This document shows positions 50,630 through 61,025 of a stretch of DNA of 64,000 nucleotides, piece after piece (within the stretch, counting starts at the first letter, position 1; each line of letters begins with the position of its first letter). Source of the stretch: a bacterium (GTDB taxonomy: Bacteria; UBA8248); assembly GCA_965213625.1 (NCBI GenBank), contig CBDBZU010000004.1:320001-384000 (forward strand), written 5' to 3'. The notes beneath the pieces are model-generated. The model saw only the letters and a list, made by a program, of their open reading frames with translations. It had not been told where the DNA came from and made no database searches. Made by a program: the position numbers and the translations under genes.

Positions 50630-52164
50630 TTTGGTTCCTCCTTTGAAATGTTCGAATCAGCTACCGGTTGCGGTCTTAAGGTCTCGGCCCATGGTCGCTT
50701 CCAAATGCTCGTCACCAGCATGAGTATGGTCAAGCCGATGAAAAACGCCGCGATGGGGCGGGTGATGAAAACGGAATAATCGCCGTCGGAAATGATGAGC
50801 GCCTGCTGTAAGGCCTCCTCCGCCCGGGGCGCCAGGATGAACGCGATGACGAGCGGGGCCATCGGAAATTTGAGTTTTCTAAACCCGTATCCGAACAGGC
50901 CCGCGACGAGCGCCAGCACGAGGTCACCCAGATTGCTGTGATAGACGTACGCGCCGACCAGACAGGAAACGATGATGCCCGGCACCAGTAACGACTGGCG
51001 GATGGTGACGATCTTGGCGAACATGCCCGTCAATAGCCAGCCCTGGACCAGCATGATGGGGTTCCCTATCAGCAGCAGTGTGAAGATGGCGTACATCATG
51101 GGGGCGTGTTCCTGGAACAGGCTCGGTCCCGGCCGCAGCCCCTGGGCGATGAACGCGCCCATGAGTATCGCGGCGCTCGGATCTCCCGGGATGCCGAACG
51201 TGAGGGTGGGTATCAGGTCCGCGCCCGCCACCGCGCTGTTGGCGGCTTCTGAGGCCGCGACGCCCTCATAGCTGCCGTGGCCGTATTCTTCTGGTTTCTT
51301 GGAAGCCCGTTTCGCCGCCGCGTAGCTCACGAAGGTGGCGATGGCCGCTCCCGTGCCCGGAATCGCGCCGACGAAGGTGCCGATCATCGACGAGCGCAGG
51401 ATGGTGCGCGCCGAATGCCATACCTCGACGATCTTGAGTGTCCTGCCGCCTTTTAAGTGCAGGGTATCGGGCGGGCTCGAGAGGACGGAAGCCTTTTTTT
51501 CCGCTTGTATGAAAACCTCGCTCACGGCGAATAACCCGATGAGCAGGGGAACCACTCCAATCCCTTCGGCCAGTCCATGAAGACCGAACGTAAAGCGCTC
51601 TCCGCCCGAGATGATGTCCGTGCCCACCATTCCGAGTTGGAGTCCGATGATGGCCGACAGAACGCCCTTCACCAGGGAGGCGCCCGTCACGCTCGATATG
51701 ATGGCCAGCCCCATGAGCAGGAGCCCGAAGAACTCGGTCGGCCCGAACAGGAGCGCCACCGCCGCCAGCGGAAGCGCCGCCAGTATGAGAACGAGATCGC
51801 TGAAGGTATCGCCTATGGTGGAGGAGTAGAGCGCCATCTGGATCGCGCTCCTCGCCTCGCCTTTTTGCGCGAGCGGAAACCCGTCCATACAGGTTGCCGC
51901 CGCAGGCGCGGTTCCCGGCGTGTTCACCAGAATCGCGGGGATGGAGCCGCCGAAGAGCGTCCCCTTGTGAATCCCCAGCAAGAAAGGAATGCCCAGCACG
52001 GGCGGCATGAAAAAGGAGAAGGGCACCAGGATCGCGGTCGCCATCACGCTGGTGAGCCCCGGTATCGCGCCCACCGTGATGCCCACGAAGACCCCCAGCG
52101 CTATCATGGCAATACCCTGCCACGTGAGCGCCATCGTAACTCCCTCGATTATCTGCTCGAACAT
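50626..52164 (-). CDS. tctA: TTT large permease
   Basis: GAIPGL, GGSIPAILVNTPG, EAANSA, GIPG, G.RPGP. Confidence 0.92.
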   Translation of the reverse strand: MFEQIIEGVTMALTWQGIAMIALGVFVGITVGAIPGLTSVMATAILVPFSFFMPPVLGIPFLLGIHKGTLFGGSIPAILVNTPGTAPAAATCMDGFPLAQKGEARSAIQMALYSSTIGDTFSDLVLILAALPLAAVALLFGPTEFFGLLLMGLAIISSVTGASLVKGVLSAIIGLQLGMVGTDIISGGERFTFGLHGLAEGIGVVPLLIGLFAVSEVFIQAEKKASVLSSPPDTLHLKGGRTLKIVEVWHSARTILRSSMIGTFVGAIPGTGAAIATFVSYAAAKRASKKPEEYGHGSYEGVAASEAANSAVAGADLIPTLTFGIPGDPSAAILMGAFIAQGLRPGPSLFQEHAPMMYAIFTLLLIGNPIMLVQGWLLTGMFAKIVTIRQSLLVPGIIVSCLVGAYVYHSNLGDLVLALVAGLFGYGFRKLKFPMAPLVIAFILAPRAEEALQQALIISDGDYSVFITRPIAAFFIGLTILMLVTSIWKRPWAETLRPQPVADSNISKEEPK

Positions 52165-52171
52165 ACGCGCC

Positions 52172-52648
52172 CTAACTGAAGAGGCTGCCCTCGGGCAGCG
52201 CCAGCTTGAAGGCGAACCAGAAGAAATAGTTCACCACGAGAGGAAACAGAATCGACATCGCCGCGACGTAGCGCCAATCGCGCGTGCCCATGGACACAAC
52301 AAGGATTGCGAGAAAAACGGGCGTACTCACCAGAAAGCCGAAATACGCCATAGCCTCGACGTAGACGTAGCAAAGAACGAATACGGCGCTGACTTGCAAG
52401 AGCGCCCTTTTGCCCGATATCACCTGCCCGCCCGATTCACTCCGCCTGAGAGCCCCGAACAGGAACATCGCGCTCACCAGCCCGAAGGTGACGACAGCGG
52501 AGGTGGGGAAGAAAGTAGGCAGGAAGACGGCGTTCGAGACTTCTTCGGGGGGAATGGAGTATTGAATCTGCGTGGGAATTATATAGAAAAAGCCGATGAC
52601 GCTATAGAGTATGAAAATGACGGCTGTGTAAATATCGGCTTTCCGCAC
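52172..52648 (-). CDS. tctB: TTT small permease
   Basis: PTFFP, GFLVST, F.LALPEG; 4-5 TM. Confidence 0.8.
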   Translation of the reverse strand: MRKADIYTAVIFILYSVIGFFYIIPTQIQYSIPPEEVSNAVFLPTFFPTSAVVTFGLVSAMFLFGALRRSESGGQVISGKRALLQVSAVFVLCYVYVEAMAYFGFLVSTPVFLAILVVSMGTRDWRYVAAMSILFPLVVNYFFWFAFKLALPEGSLFS

Positions 52649-52942
52649 GTCCGGCCCTCATCACGGATATGGAATACACGCCGTCCTCGCCCATACCGCC
52701 GAGGATGAGACCTGATTCCTGGACGCTCCTACCACCTTGCATCTTTTCTTTGTATAGGAAAAAGATTAGCAAGAATCGACGCGCGTGTCATCCTGAGACG
52801 AGGCTCGAAAGCGTGTTCTTCGCTACAAGCAGCCCTCTTGAAACGGAATGCCCAAGACGGCGTGAAAGATTACGTCCATTATGGGAAGATGAACCATTCA
52901 TCAGAAAAACCCCGGAACACGTATCCGATGAGGAGTCATTCC

Positions 52943-53596
52943 ATGTCCAGAGTTCCGTTGCTCGGCAGGGAGGGTGCGGAAGGCGAGATCGTACGCACCT
53001 TCGACATCCTGAACAACTTTCAGCGCAGGCAGGTCAATTCCACCCGGGCAACGGCGCACTCCCCGTTTTTGGCGCGCATCTTTTATCCGCTCGTCCAGAC
53101 CCTGATGCGCGAGGGGCTGGGCACCGTTCTATCTTCGAAGATCAAAGAGATCGCCGTCATCAAGACCAGCCAGATGAACGGTTGCGACTACTGACTCGCT
53201 CACAACACCGCTCTCGGCCGTGTGCTGGGAATCACGGACAATCACGTCGCCGCCATCGGCTCGGACGACTATATGGATTCACCGCTCCTGGAACCTAAGG
53301 AGAAGGCGACCGTCCTTTGGGCCGAACACGTCACGCGCAACACCGCCAAGTTCCGGGACGACGTGGCCGAAGATGTGCAGAAACATTTCACGGACGCCGA
53401 GTTCGTGGAGCTCACCTTCGTCATCAGCTATTTCAATATGCGAAACCGCTACCATGATTCTCTCATGCTGCCGAACGACGAGGCGGAAATAGTCGAGGAC
53501 GTGGGCCGCCTCCGGCCCGACCCGGCGAAACTCAAAGCTTATCTGCAAGAAGTTTTGGACAACTGGCCGGACGCCTTCCCCGAACCCAACGAGTAG
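52943..53596 (+). CDS. AhpD/carboxymuconolactone decarboxylase-like selenoprotein (CxxU), 217 aa
   Basis: RBS aggag; KEIAVIKTSQMNGCDY-TGA-LAHN continues in frame to FTDAEFVELT..NMRNR; TGA sits at the second Cys of the family CxxC. Confidence 0.85.
53199..53229 (+). promoter_or_regulatory. Candidate bacterial SECIS hairpin
   Basis: Hand-folded: CUCA/UGGG lower stem, ACAC/GUGU upper stem, G-containing loop, just 3' of the UGA. Confidence 0.45.
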
Positions 53597-53634
53597 GAAC
53601 ATCCATGAACCACGCCAAAGAGGAGAAGCGATAA

Positions 53635-54360
53635 ATGGACCAAGGAATCTGGGCTGTATGGTACGACCTTCCCGAAGAGGACGCGGATGAATACATTTCC
53701 TGGCTTCATGAGGTTCATATACCCGAAGCGCTCGGGCGTCCGGGCTACCTGTGGGCGGCGCACGTGAAGAACATCGTCACGCCAGAACGTGAGGAGCGAA
53801 TCCGGGGAGTCGTCCACCACACGGACGACGCGAGCGTACCCACCGGGGTTCAGTACCTGATGCTCTATGGCGCACTGACCCCCACCGTTTTCCTTGATCC
53901 GAGCCCCGAGCAGATGGCGGAGAAGATGGCGGCGGATGACCGGAAAATGCTCGGGCGGCGGTTGAACGCGCGCTCTTGCGTCTTCATGGAGCACAACAGA
54001 ATCAACGGCCCCGAGTTCAAGACCCGCGCGCCGGGCATCACGCCGGGTCCGGGAATCCAGTTCGGGACCTTCAACATCAACGCCGTGGAGAACGAGGACG
54101 AACTCGGCTGCTGGTACGCCCAGGTGCGGATGCCGCGCCTGACGAGCATGGAAGGCTGCGTCGGCGCGCGGAATCTCGTATCGGTCTCCGGCTGGGCGAA
54201 GCACGGGATTCTGTATGAGTGGGTATCTCTGGAATCGCTTCAGAAGAATTTCACGACGGAAAAGATACCCCGCTCACGCCAGGCGGTGAACACCCTCGTC
54301 CACGCGCCCAGCTCCCCCAGTCTCGGCGAGCGCATCTGGCCGTCGGCAGAGGATGCTTGA
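53635..54360 (+). CDS. Hypothetical protein with duplicated EthD-like dimeric alpha/beta barrel
   Basis: EYISWLHEVHIPEAL.RPG and ELGCWYAQVRMPRL..MEG repeats. Confidence 0.6.
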   Translation: MDQGIWAVWYDLPEEDADEYISWLHEVHIPEALGRPGYLWAAHVKNIVTPEREERIRGVVHHTDDASVPTGVQYLMLYGALTPTVFLDPSPEQMAEKMAADDRKMLGRRLNARSCVFMEHNRINGPEFKTRAPGITPGPGIQFGTFNINAVENEDELGCWYAQVRMPRLTSMEGCVGARNLVSVSGWAKHGILYEWVSLESLQKNFTTEKIPRSRQAVNTLVHAPSSPSLGERIWPSAEDA

Positions 54361-54411
54361 ACCAAACCATCGGGATGACGAGAGTCAACAGGCCTCACAG
54401 GACACGGGTTT

Positions 54412-54498
54412 TAGTTGATCGAAAACGTGCAAATCGACCCTAATGTCCTATAAGTCATTGATTTTATAGTGTGATTATAGTTGATGGGTAGTTGATGG
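54412..54498. mobile_element. Orphan att-like region
   Basis: TAGTTGAT three times and a minus-strand IHF consensus AATCAATGACTTA at 54451-54463. Confidence 0.45.
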
Positions 54499-54533
54499 AT
54501 AAAGCGTAGGCGCATAGACAGGGAGCAACCCCC

Positions 54534-55466
54534 TTAAGGCGCCACGACGGTGTTTTGCAGCCTGCCGAGTCCTTCCACCTCGATTTCCACGACGTCGCCG
54601 GGCTTCAGGAACTCGGGGTTCTCCCGCGCGTAGGCCACCCCGCTCGGCGTGCCCGTCATGAGCAGATCGCCCACTTCCAGCGTCGTTCCCAGCGAGAGCA
54701 CGTGCACCAGCGTGGGGATGTCGTGGATCATGTTCGACGTGCTGGACTCCTGGCGAAGTTCCCCGTTCACCCAGGTGCGGAGCATGACGTTCATGGGGTC
54801 GCCGAAGTATTCCTTCGGCACGATGTAGGGACCCATCGGACAGTGGGTGTCCATGGATTTTCCCTTCGCACCCTTGTGCATGCGCTGGCGGTCGCGCGCG
54901 GGCGTATCGTTTCCGTTCGTGTAGCCGAAAATATGGTCGTAGACGTCTTGTTTCTCGATGTTGATTCCACCGCGCCCGATGACCACGGTGAGTTCTCCCT
55001 CATAATCCAGCGCTTCGGTGGCGCGGTGGTGGATGATTCCGCCCCGGTGGGGAAGCAGCGTCGTGTGGGGTTTCGAGAACAGGACGGGATGATCCACATA
55101 AACGGAATCGCGCGCCAGGGTTTTCGCGCCTACGCCCTCTTGTCCGTGCTCGTGGTAGTTCACCCCCTGGCAGTTCACGTTCTTGGGCGGGTAGGGGATG
55201 GGCGGGAGATACTTCACCTCGGCATCTGCCAGAAAACACCCCGCACCCTCTTCCGTCTCCTTGAGCTTCGGGGCCTCGGCGAGCATTTCCTCCATTATGG
55301 GGCGAAGTCTCGCCCACTGGACGATGAGGCCTATCATCGTCGAGGGAAACGGCTCGCCTGGACGGAAACGTGCCGACAGAAGAGGCAGATCTGCCACCGT
55401 ATCTTCTCCTGCCAGCGCGCCGATGCTCCCGCCTCCCCAGACGGTGCAATATGACAGCAACTTCAT
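54534..55466 (-). CDS. Fumarylacetoacetate hydrolase family protein
   Basis: GVNY.EH, LDYEGEL, GYTNGND, KSMDT, TGTPSGV. Confidence 0.92.
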   Translation of the reverse strand: MKLLSYCTVWGGGSIGALAGEDTVADLPLLSARFRPGEPFPSTMIGLIVQWARLRPIMEEMLAEAPKLKETEEGAGCFLADAEVKYLPPIPYPPKNVNCQGVNYHEHGQEGVGAKTLARDSVYVDHPVLFSKPHTTLLPHRGGIIHHRATEALDYEGELTVVIGRGGINIEKQDVYDHIFGYTNGNDTPARDRQRMHKGAKGKSMDTHCPMGPYIVPKEYFGDPMNVMLRTWVNGELRQESSTSNMIHDIPTLVHVLSLGTTLEVGDLLMTGTPSGVAYARENPEFLKPGDVVEIEVEGLGRLQNTVVAP

Positions 55467-55497
55467 TTACTATCTCCCAAGAATCCTAAATGAATCG

Positions 55498-55648
55498 TTA
55501 TTCATCCAATACGGCGACCGCCCGCATCGGCCCTCCCGAGCCGTACCTGATTTTCAGGGGAAAGTCGATGAAGCGGATTAGACCCTTGCCGATCAACTCC
55601 TCCAGATTGCACAAGCTCTCTATGCGGGTGATGCCCAACCCGGCCCGA
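55498..55648 (-). pseudogene. C-terminal relic of a cyclase/kynurenine formamidase-family gene
   Basis: GITRIESLCNLEEL..FPLKIRYGSGGPMRAVA. Confidence 0.7.
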
Positions 55649-55649
55649 G

Positions 55650-57035
55650 TCAATACGTGAGTTTCGAGAATCCCTCGAACATGTGCGCGAGGAATTTCTC
55701 GGACTGGAGAACCCCCGATACCTGCGTGTATTCGTTCGCCGCGTGCTTTCGCATGGCGTTGCACGGAAGCCCGCCGATCCAGGGCACGCCCAGCTCCTCC
55801 GTCCACAAGGCCACGGGCATGCCCGCCGGATGCACGGGCCAGACTTCCGGGTCCGCGCCCATGTCCGCATGGGCATTCAGGAAGCACTGGATCAGCGGAT
55901 GCTCCAGCGGCGTTCCGCCGCCGGCGTAGTGATTGTTTACGACGAACTCGACGTCGCCGTAACCGCCCTCGGCCAGGATGTTGCGGACGTTCTCGATGCG
56001 CTCATCAGGGTCTTCGCCCGGCTGAAAGCGCATGTTCACCACGGCCTGGGCTTCGGATGGAATGCTGACCTTGACGGATTTTCCCTCGCCGACGAATCCT
56101 GCGTGAAGACCCGTTAGCGTGAATTCCGCCTTGAACAGGTGTGAGCGGACGGCGGCGTGGAAGTCATCCTGCCGGAAGCGCTTGACGCCCAGGCTCTGCT
56201 TCATCCGTTCGGGGTCCATGCGATTGGCGAGCTTTCGGCACAGTTCTTCTTCGGCTTCGCTCGGCGTCCAGCCCTCGCCTTTTTGATAAATCTCCTCCAG
56301 CCTCGCCTGCAGGTAGGCGATCGCCTCCACGATGTGCTCCGCCGGATTGCCTATCCAGTTGCAGTTGAGCGCGTGAATCTCGTTGCCCACCGGCCCGCCC
56401 CACTCCCCAGGACGGCAGAACAGCCTGCCCATCAGGTTGCCCTTGAGGCCGAGCGGAACGATGGGCGTGCCGTCGGTCTGCCCCATCGGGCAGAGCCAGT
56501 AGGCCGCGTTCGCCTTCTGCATCTTCTCCTTGTAGCGCGGGAAGAAATCCTTGATGCCGCCGCTGCCGAGTTCGGACGCCTCGTGGACGAACATAAGATT
56601 GAGCGGGAGCTTCTCGCCTGCGGCGCGCGCCGCGTAGACCGTGTTCATCACGCAGGCGATGCCGGTCTTCATATCCTCCGCTCCCCGGCCCACGATGCAG
56701 GGCCCGAGACCGGCCAGTTCCTGAATCTGAGGGTCGAAAGGAGGATTTATCCAGTTGGGTTCTTCAGCCGGCGTCACGTCGTAGAGGCCGTGGCATAAGA
56801 GCGTTCGCTCGGCGCCTTCGTCTATCAGGCCGTAGACGACGGGGAACTCCGCCGTTTCCACCACTTCCGCCTCTCCGCCGACCTCATTGATCTCATCGGC
56901 CAGCATCCGCGCCATCTCGTCGTTCCCGAGATTGAGCGCGGAAACGCTCGGCTGGCGTATGTATTTCAGGAGACGCTCGATGTGGGCGGATTCGAAATCC
57001 GCCTCGATTTGCGCGATAACCCGTTCGACATCCAT
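55650..57035 (-). CDS. M20/M25/M40 family metallo-hydrolase
   Basis: PSVSA, YDVTP, GRGAEDMK, HAANE; some metal ligands diverged. Confidence 0.85.
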   Translation of the reverse strand: MDVERVIAQIEADFESAHIERLLKYIRQPSVSALNLGNDEMARMLADEINEVGGEAEVVETAEFPVVYGLIDEGAERTLLCHGLYDVTPAEEPNWINPPFDPQIQELAGLGPCIVGRGAEDMKTGIACVMNTVYAARAAGEKLPLNLMFVHEASELGSGGIKDFFPRYKEKMQKANAAYWLCPMGQTDGTPIVPLGLKGNLMGRLFCRPGEWGGPVGNEIHALNCNWIGNPAEHIVEAIAYLQARLEEIYQKGEGWTPSEAEEELCRKLANRMDPERMKQSLGVKRFRQDDFHAAVRSHLFKAEFTLTGLHAGFVGEGKSVKVSIPSEAQAVVNMRFQPGEDPDERIENVRNILAEGGYGDVEFVVNNHYAGGGTPLEHPLIQCFLNAHADMGADPEVWPVHPAGMPVALWTEELGVPWIGGLPCNAMRKHAANEYTQVSGVLQSEKFLAHMFEGFSKLTY

Positions 57036-57076
57036 CGGAAAACCTCCTCATCCCCCTGGAGGGGAAACTCGAGCTA

Positions 57077-57394
57077 TCAGGGAATCATGAGACCGAGTAG
57101 CGGGCCGTGCTGCTGCGCTCCATACACGTCCCGGTCGCCCGGCGCGCCCGAGGTCGGCCCTTTTCTCGGTATGGTGATCTTGATGGCGTTGGCCGCGTCG
57201 AAATGGACGATCTTCACGTCCTCGGGCGCCATCTTGTAGAGTTCTGAAACCACACCCGGCGTGAGCGCTTCGCTGTCGGCGACGCGCTTGTAGGTCGCTT
57301 CATCGGCGAACAGCAGATCCAGCGTGATGTGCAGGGGGCCTGCGTTCTTGCTTCGCAGCACCTCGGCGAGATCGTAGAGTCGCTCCACCCTCAA
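57077..57394 (-). CDS. DUF4387 family protein
   Basis: RSKNAGP, AIKITIPR, DRDVYGAQQH. Confidence 0.85.
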   Translation of the reverse strand: MRVERLYDLAEVLRSKNAGPLHITLDLLFADEATYKRVADSEALTPGVVSELYKMAPEDVKIVHFDAANAIKITIPRKGPTSGAPGDRDVYGAQQHGPLLGLMIP

Positions 57395-58755
57395 CCCACC
57401 TGTGCGAATTCGACTTCGAAGGGCGCTGCGGCGTCTTCGAGCTCCACGAGGTGATAGATGTGAAACTCATACACCGGCCCGCCTTCGAAATCAGACGGTG
57501 AAAACGGGAAGGCGAGGTTCCCGGCGGTGGCTTTTCGACCCTCGAAACCCGAGTGCAAGAACGTGCTCCGTGTGAGGGAGAGCACCGCGTTCGCCGTCGT
57601 TTGATCCTTCGCGATGGCTTCCATCACCACGCCGACCTCCCGGGGAGCGCCCGGCCCATCGGCCGAGGGTCGGCCCATCACGCCGTCGCGCCCGTAGAAG
57701 ATGAAGCGCAGCTCGTAATCTTCTGGCGACAGCGTGCCCCGGACCATGTCCGCCACGGTGTTCTTTACGTTCGCTTCCACCTCGTCGAGGCTCGCCAGCA
57801 GACGCGGGTCCGTCATCCCGGCGACGGCGATGGTGCGGTATCCCCTGAGCCGCACCCCTTCAATTTTGATGGTGGGGGTTTGGGCGGACACGAAACGGCT
57901 GCCGCTCACCCGCACGCGGCGCTCGCTCAGTTGTTCGAACTCGGAGTCTTTGAGGTCGATCATCCCTTCGGGTTCATAGAACAGATAGGGGTCGGGTTGT
58001 TCGTACATCATATGAGCCGCCACGGAATTGGGCGTCACCCGCATTCCCTCGTTCATCGGTTCGAGCACGAAGTGATCCTCGCGCAGCGTGCCCAGAATAC
58101 AGTCGTTCGCCCCGATGGGGAGCGCGCACTGCGCGCCGCACTCGATGATTTTCGCCATGTGGAAGGCAAGTCCGAGGTCGAAGCCGCGCATTGCGGCGTA
58201 AGAGGTATAAATGGCCGTGTCGCAGGAGCGTCCGGCGAGAACGACATCCGCACCGCCTTCCAGAGCCGTCATAAAAGGTTCCAGACCCATTTGGCCCACG
58301 ATGCGCACGCTCTCGTCCACCATCTCCTCGGTGAGCTCGGGGAGCTTGCCCAGGGTACGCGTTCTTTTCTCGTGGACGGCGCGCTTCACGAACTCCTTAT
58401 CCATCTCGGAGCGGATCACCGCGAGCTTGAAGCGGTGCCCGTCGCGTTTCGCCAGCTCGTGCATCGTGTCGAGCACGCTGTCCACGTGGGGATTTCCCCC
58501 CGCCGTCCCGGCGGAGCCGATGATGTAGGGAATTTTCTTCTTTCTGGCGGCGGCCAGCGAATACCCTAAGTCTCTGCGTATCTGTTCGCGCTTGGTGAGC
58601 TGATCGCCGCTGCCGAGATAATAGGGTCCAGCGTCGGTCGAGCCGTTGTCCGCCCCCATGATGTGCGGGTCGCGGGCGAGGCCGTTATCGAGAGAGGCTT
58701 TGGGGAACCCGTATCCGAGATTGCCGCATACGGACAATACCCTGAGTTCATCCAT
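57391..58755 (-). CDS. AtuA-like (DUF1446) protein
   Basis: LGYGFP, GSTDAGPYYLG, GRSCD, KIIECGA, HMMYE, AGNLAFPFSP. Confidence 0.85.
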   Translation of the reverse strand: MDELRVLSVCGNLGYGFPKASLDNGLARDPHIMGADNGSTDAGPYYLGSGDQLTKREQIRRDLGYSLAAARKKKIPYIIGSAGTAGGNPHVDSVLDTMHELAKRDGHRFKLAVIRSEMDKEFVKRAVHEKRTRTLGKLPELTEEMVDESVRIVGQMGLEPFMTALEGGADVVLAGRSCDTAIYTSYAAMRGFDLGLAFHMAKIIECGAQCALPIGANDCILGTLREDHFVLEPMNEGMRVTPNSVAAHMMYEQPDPYLFYEPEGMIDLKDSEFEQLSERRVRVSGSRFVSAQTPTIKIEGVRLRGYRTIAVAGMTDPRLLASLDEVEANVKNTVADMVRGTLSPEDYELRFIFYGRDGVMGRPSADGPGAPREVGVVMEAIAKDQTTANAVLSLTRSTFLHSGFEGRKATAGNLAFPFSPSDFEGGPVYEFHIYHLVELEDAAAPFEVEFAQVG

Positions 58756-58850
58756 GCGAGGCTCCTGAGGCATTTTGAATGGAAGATACTCGAAACCTAC
58801 ACGATCACCCCGCCAGGGCAAAATGCCGCGGAATGCGGGATCAGCACAGT

Positions 58851-59288
58851 TTACGGCTGGACGCGCAGACGCTCGGGCTCGATGATGGCCTCCACCGTTA
58901 TCTCGATCATTGCGTCGGGAGGACCGAGACGGGAGATCTCGATCAGCGTGCTGGCCGGACGAACGTCCTTGAAGTACTTGAAACGCTCATCCGAGTGTTT
59001 GTAGTACTCCATGATGTCGGTAACATACGTCGTGGAGCTTACGATGTCGTTGAACGTCGCGCCCGCGTGAGCCAACCCCTTGCCGATATTCTCGCAAGTC
59101 ACGCGTATTTGCGTGCGCATGTCTCCCACGCCTTGCACTTCGCCGCTCGGCTTTCGGGGCACCTGGCCGGAGAGATAGACGTGGGCGTGGTCAGCGCCAT
59201 GAATCGTCACTACGGGCACGTAGAGCAATACTCCGTTTTCCACGCGGGACCACATGTCGTCGGGCTGCATGAACTGTCTTTGGATCAT
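58851..59288 (-). CDS. RidA/YjgF family protein
   Basis: YLSGQ, PASTLIEI..L, MIEI. Confidence 0.85.
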   Translation of the reverse strand: MIQRQFMQPDDMWSRVENGVLLYVPVVTIHGADHAHVYLSGQVPRKPSGEVQGVGDMRTQIRVTCENIGKGLAHAGATFNDIVSSTTYVTDIMEYYKHSDERFKYFKDVRPASTLIEISRLGPPDAMIEITVEAIIEPERLRVQP

Positions 59289-59313
59289 CTTTTCGTTCCT
59301 CTCTGGTTTTCGT

Positions 59314-60129
<816 letters not shown>

Positions 60130-60149
60130 GACACTCTCCTATCGCCGCG

Positions 60150-61010
60150 TTATTCGCGCAGCGTTCCCCAACGCTGAACCGTGGTCAACTCGATGCTCCG
60201 CAAGAAAACACGCTCTACAATCACGCCCAGGATTCCGACGACCACCACGCCGCCGTACATCATATCCGCCGCCAGGAAATCCCGGGCCGCGAAAATCCGA
60301 AAACCAAGTCCCGCCTCGAGGGCGACTATCATTTCGCCGGTCACGACGATGCGCCATGCGCGGCTGAACGCGATGCGGTAGCCCGCGATCAGGTTCGGCA
60401 TCGCGCCCGGAACCATTACCTGGAAGAAAAGCGTCATGCCCTTGGCGCCCATGGCCCTACCCGCGCGGATGAGGGACGCATCCACCGTCTTCACCCCCGT
60501 CCATGCGTTCACCATGACGGTGATCATCCCCTCGAACCAGAGCACGGAGATGAGGGTGAAATCACTCAGCCCGAACCACAGGATAACGATGGGGAACAGC
60601 GCGAGACCCGGCACGGCCAGAAAAAAGTACATCGGCGGCGCGAGAACCCGCTCCACCGTCTTGTTCATTCCCATCACCAGCCCGACCAGCGTTCCCGAAA
60701 CGATGGCGAGAGCCGCCCCGATCAGGAGCCGGTAGAGTGAAACGTAGATGTCGAGCCAGAGGATGCCGGATTTCGCCTGCTTCACCATCGTGAACCAGAT
60801 GACTTCCAGAGGCGGAAAAAGGACGGGATGGAGCGTCCCCGAATGCGCGAGCAACTCCCAGAAGATGAGCAACCCGATGAGAGGCGCCGTCATCTGAAAT
60901 AAAGCTTTACCGGAGTTTCGGAAAACCACGTTCCAGTTCGGAGGCCCGAGTTTTCTCTCTGTCCCCGGCACTGCTCCGGGTTGAGTTTGCGTTTTATCGG
61001 CTGACGCCAC
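60150..61010 (-). CDS. ABC permease (NitT/TauT)
   Basis: FPP, VPGLALFP..ILWFG, GEM..GLG. Confidence 0.9.
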   Translation of the reverse strand: MASADKTQTQPGAVPGTERKLGPPNWNVVFRNSGKALFQMTAPLIGLLIFWELLAHSGTLHPVLFPPLEVIWFTMVKQAKSGILWLDIYVSLYRLLIGAALAIVSGTLVGLVMGMNKTVERVLAPPMYFFLAVPGLALFPIVILWFGLSDFTLISVLWFEGMITVMVNAWTGVKTVDASLIRAGRAMGAKGMTLFFQVMVPGAMPNLIAGYRIAFSRAWRIVVTGEMIVALEAGLGFRIFAARDFLAADMMYGGVVVVGILGVIVERVFLRSIELTTVQRWGTLRE

Positions 61011-61025
61011 TAAAAAATTCCTTTC

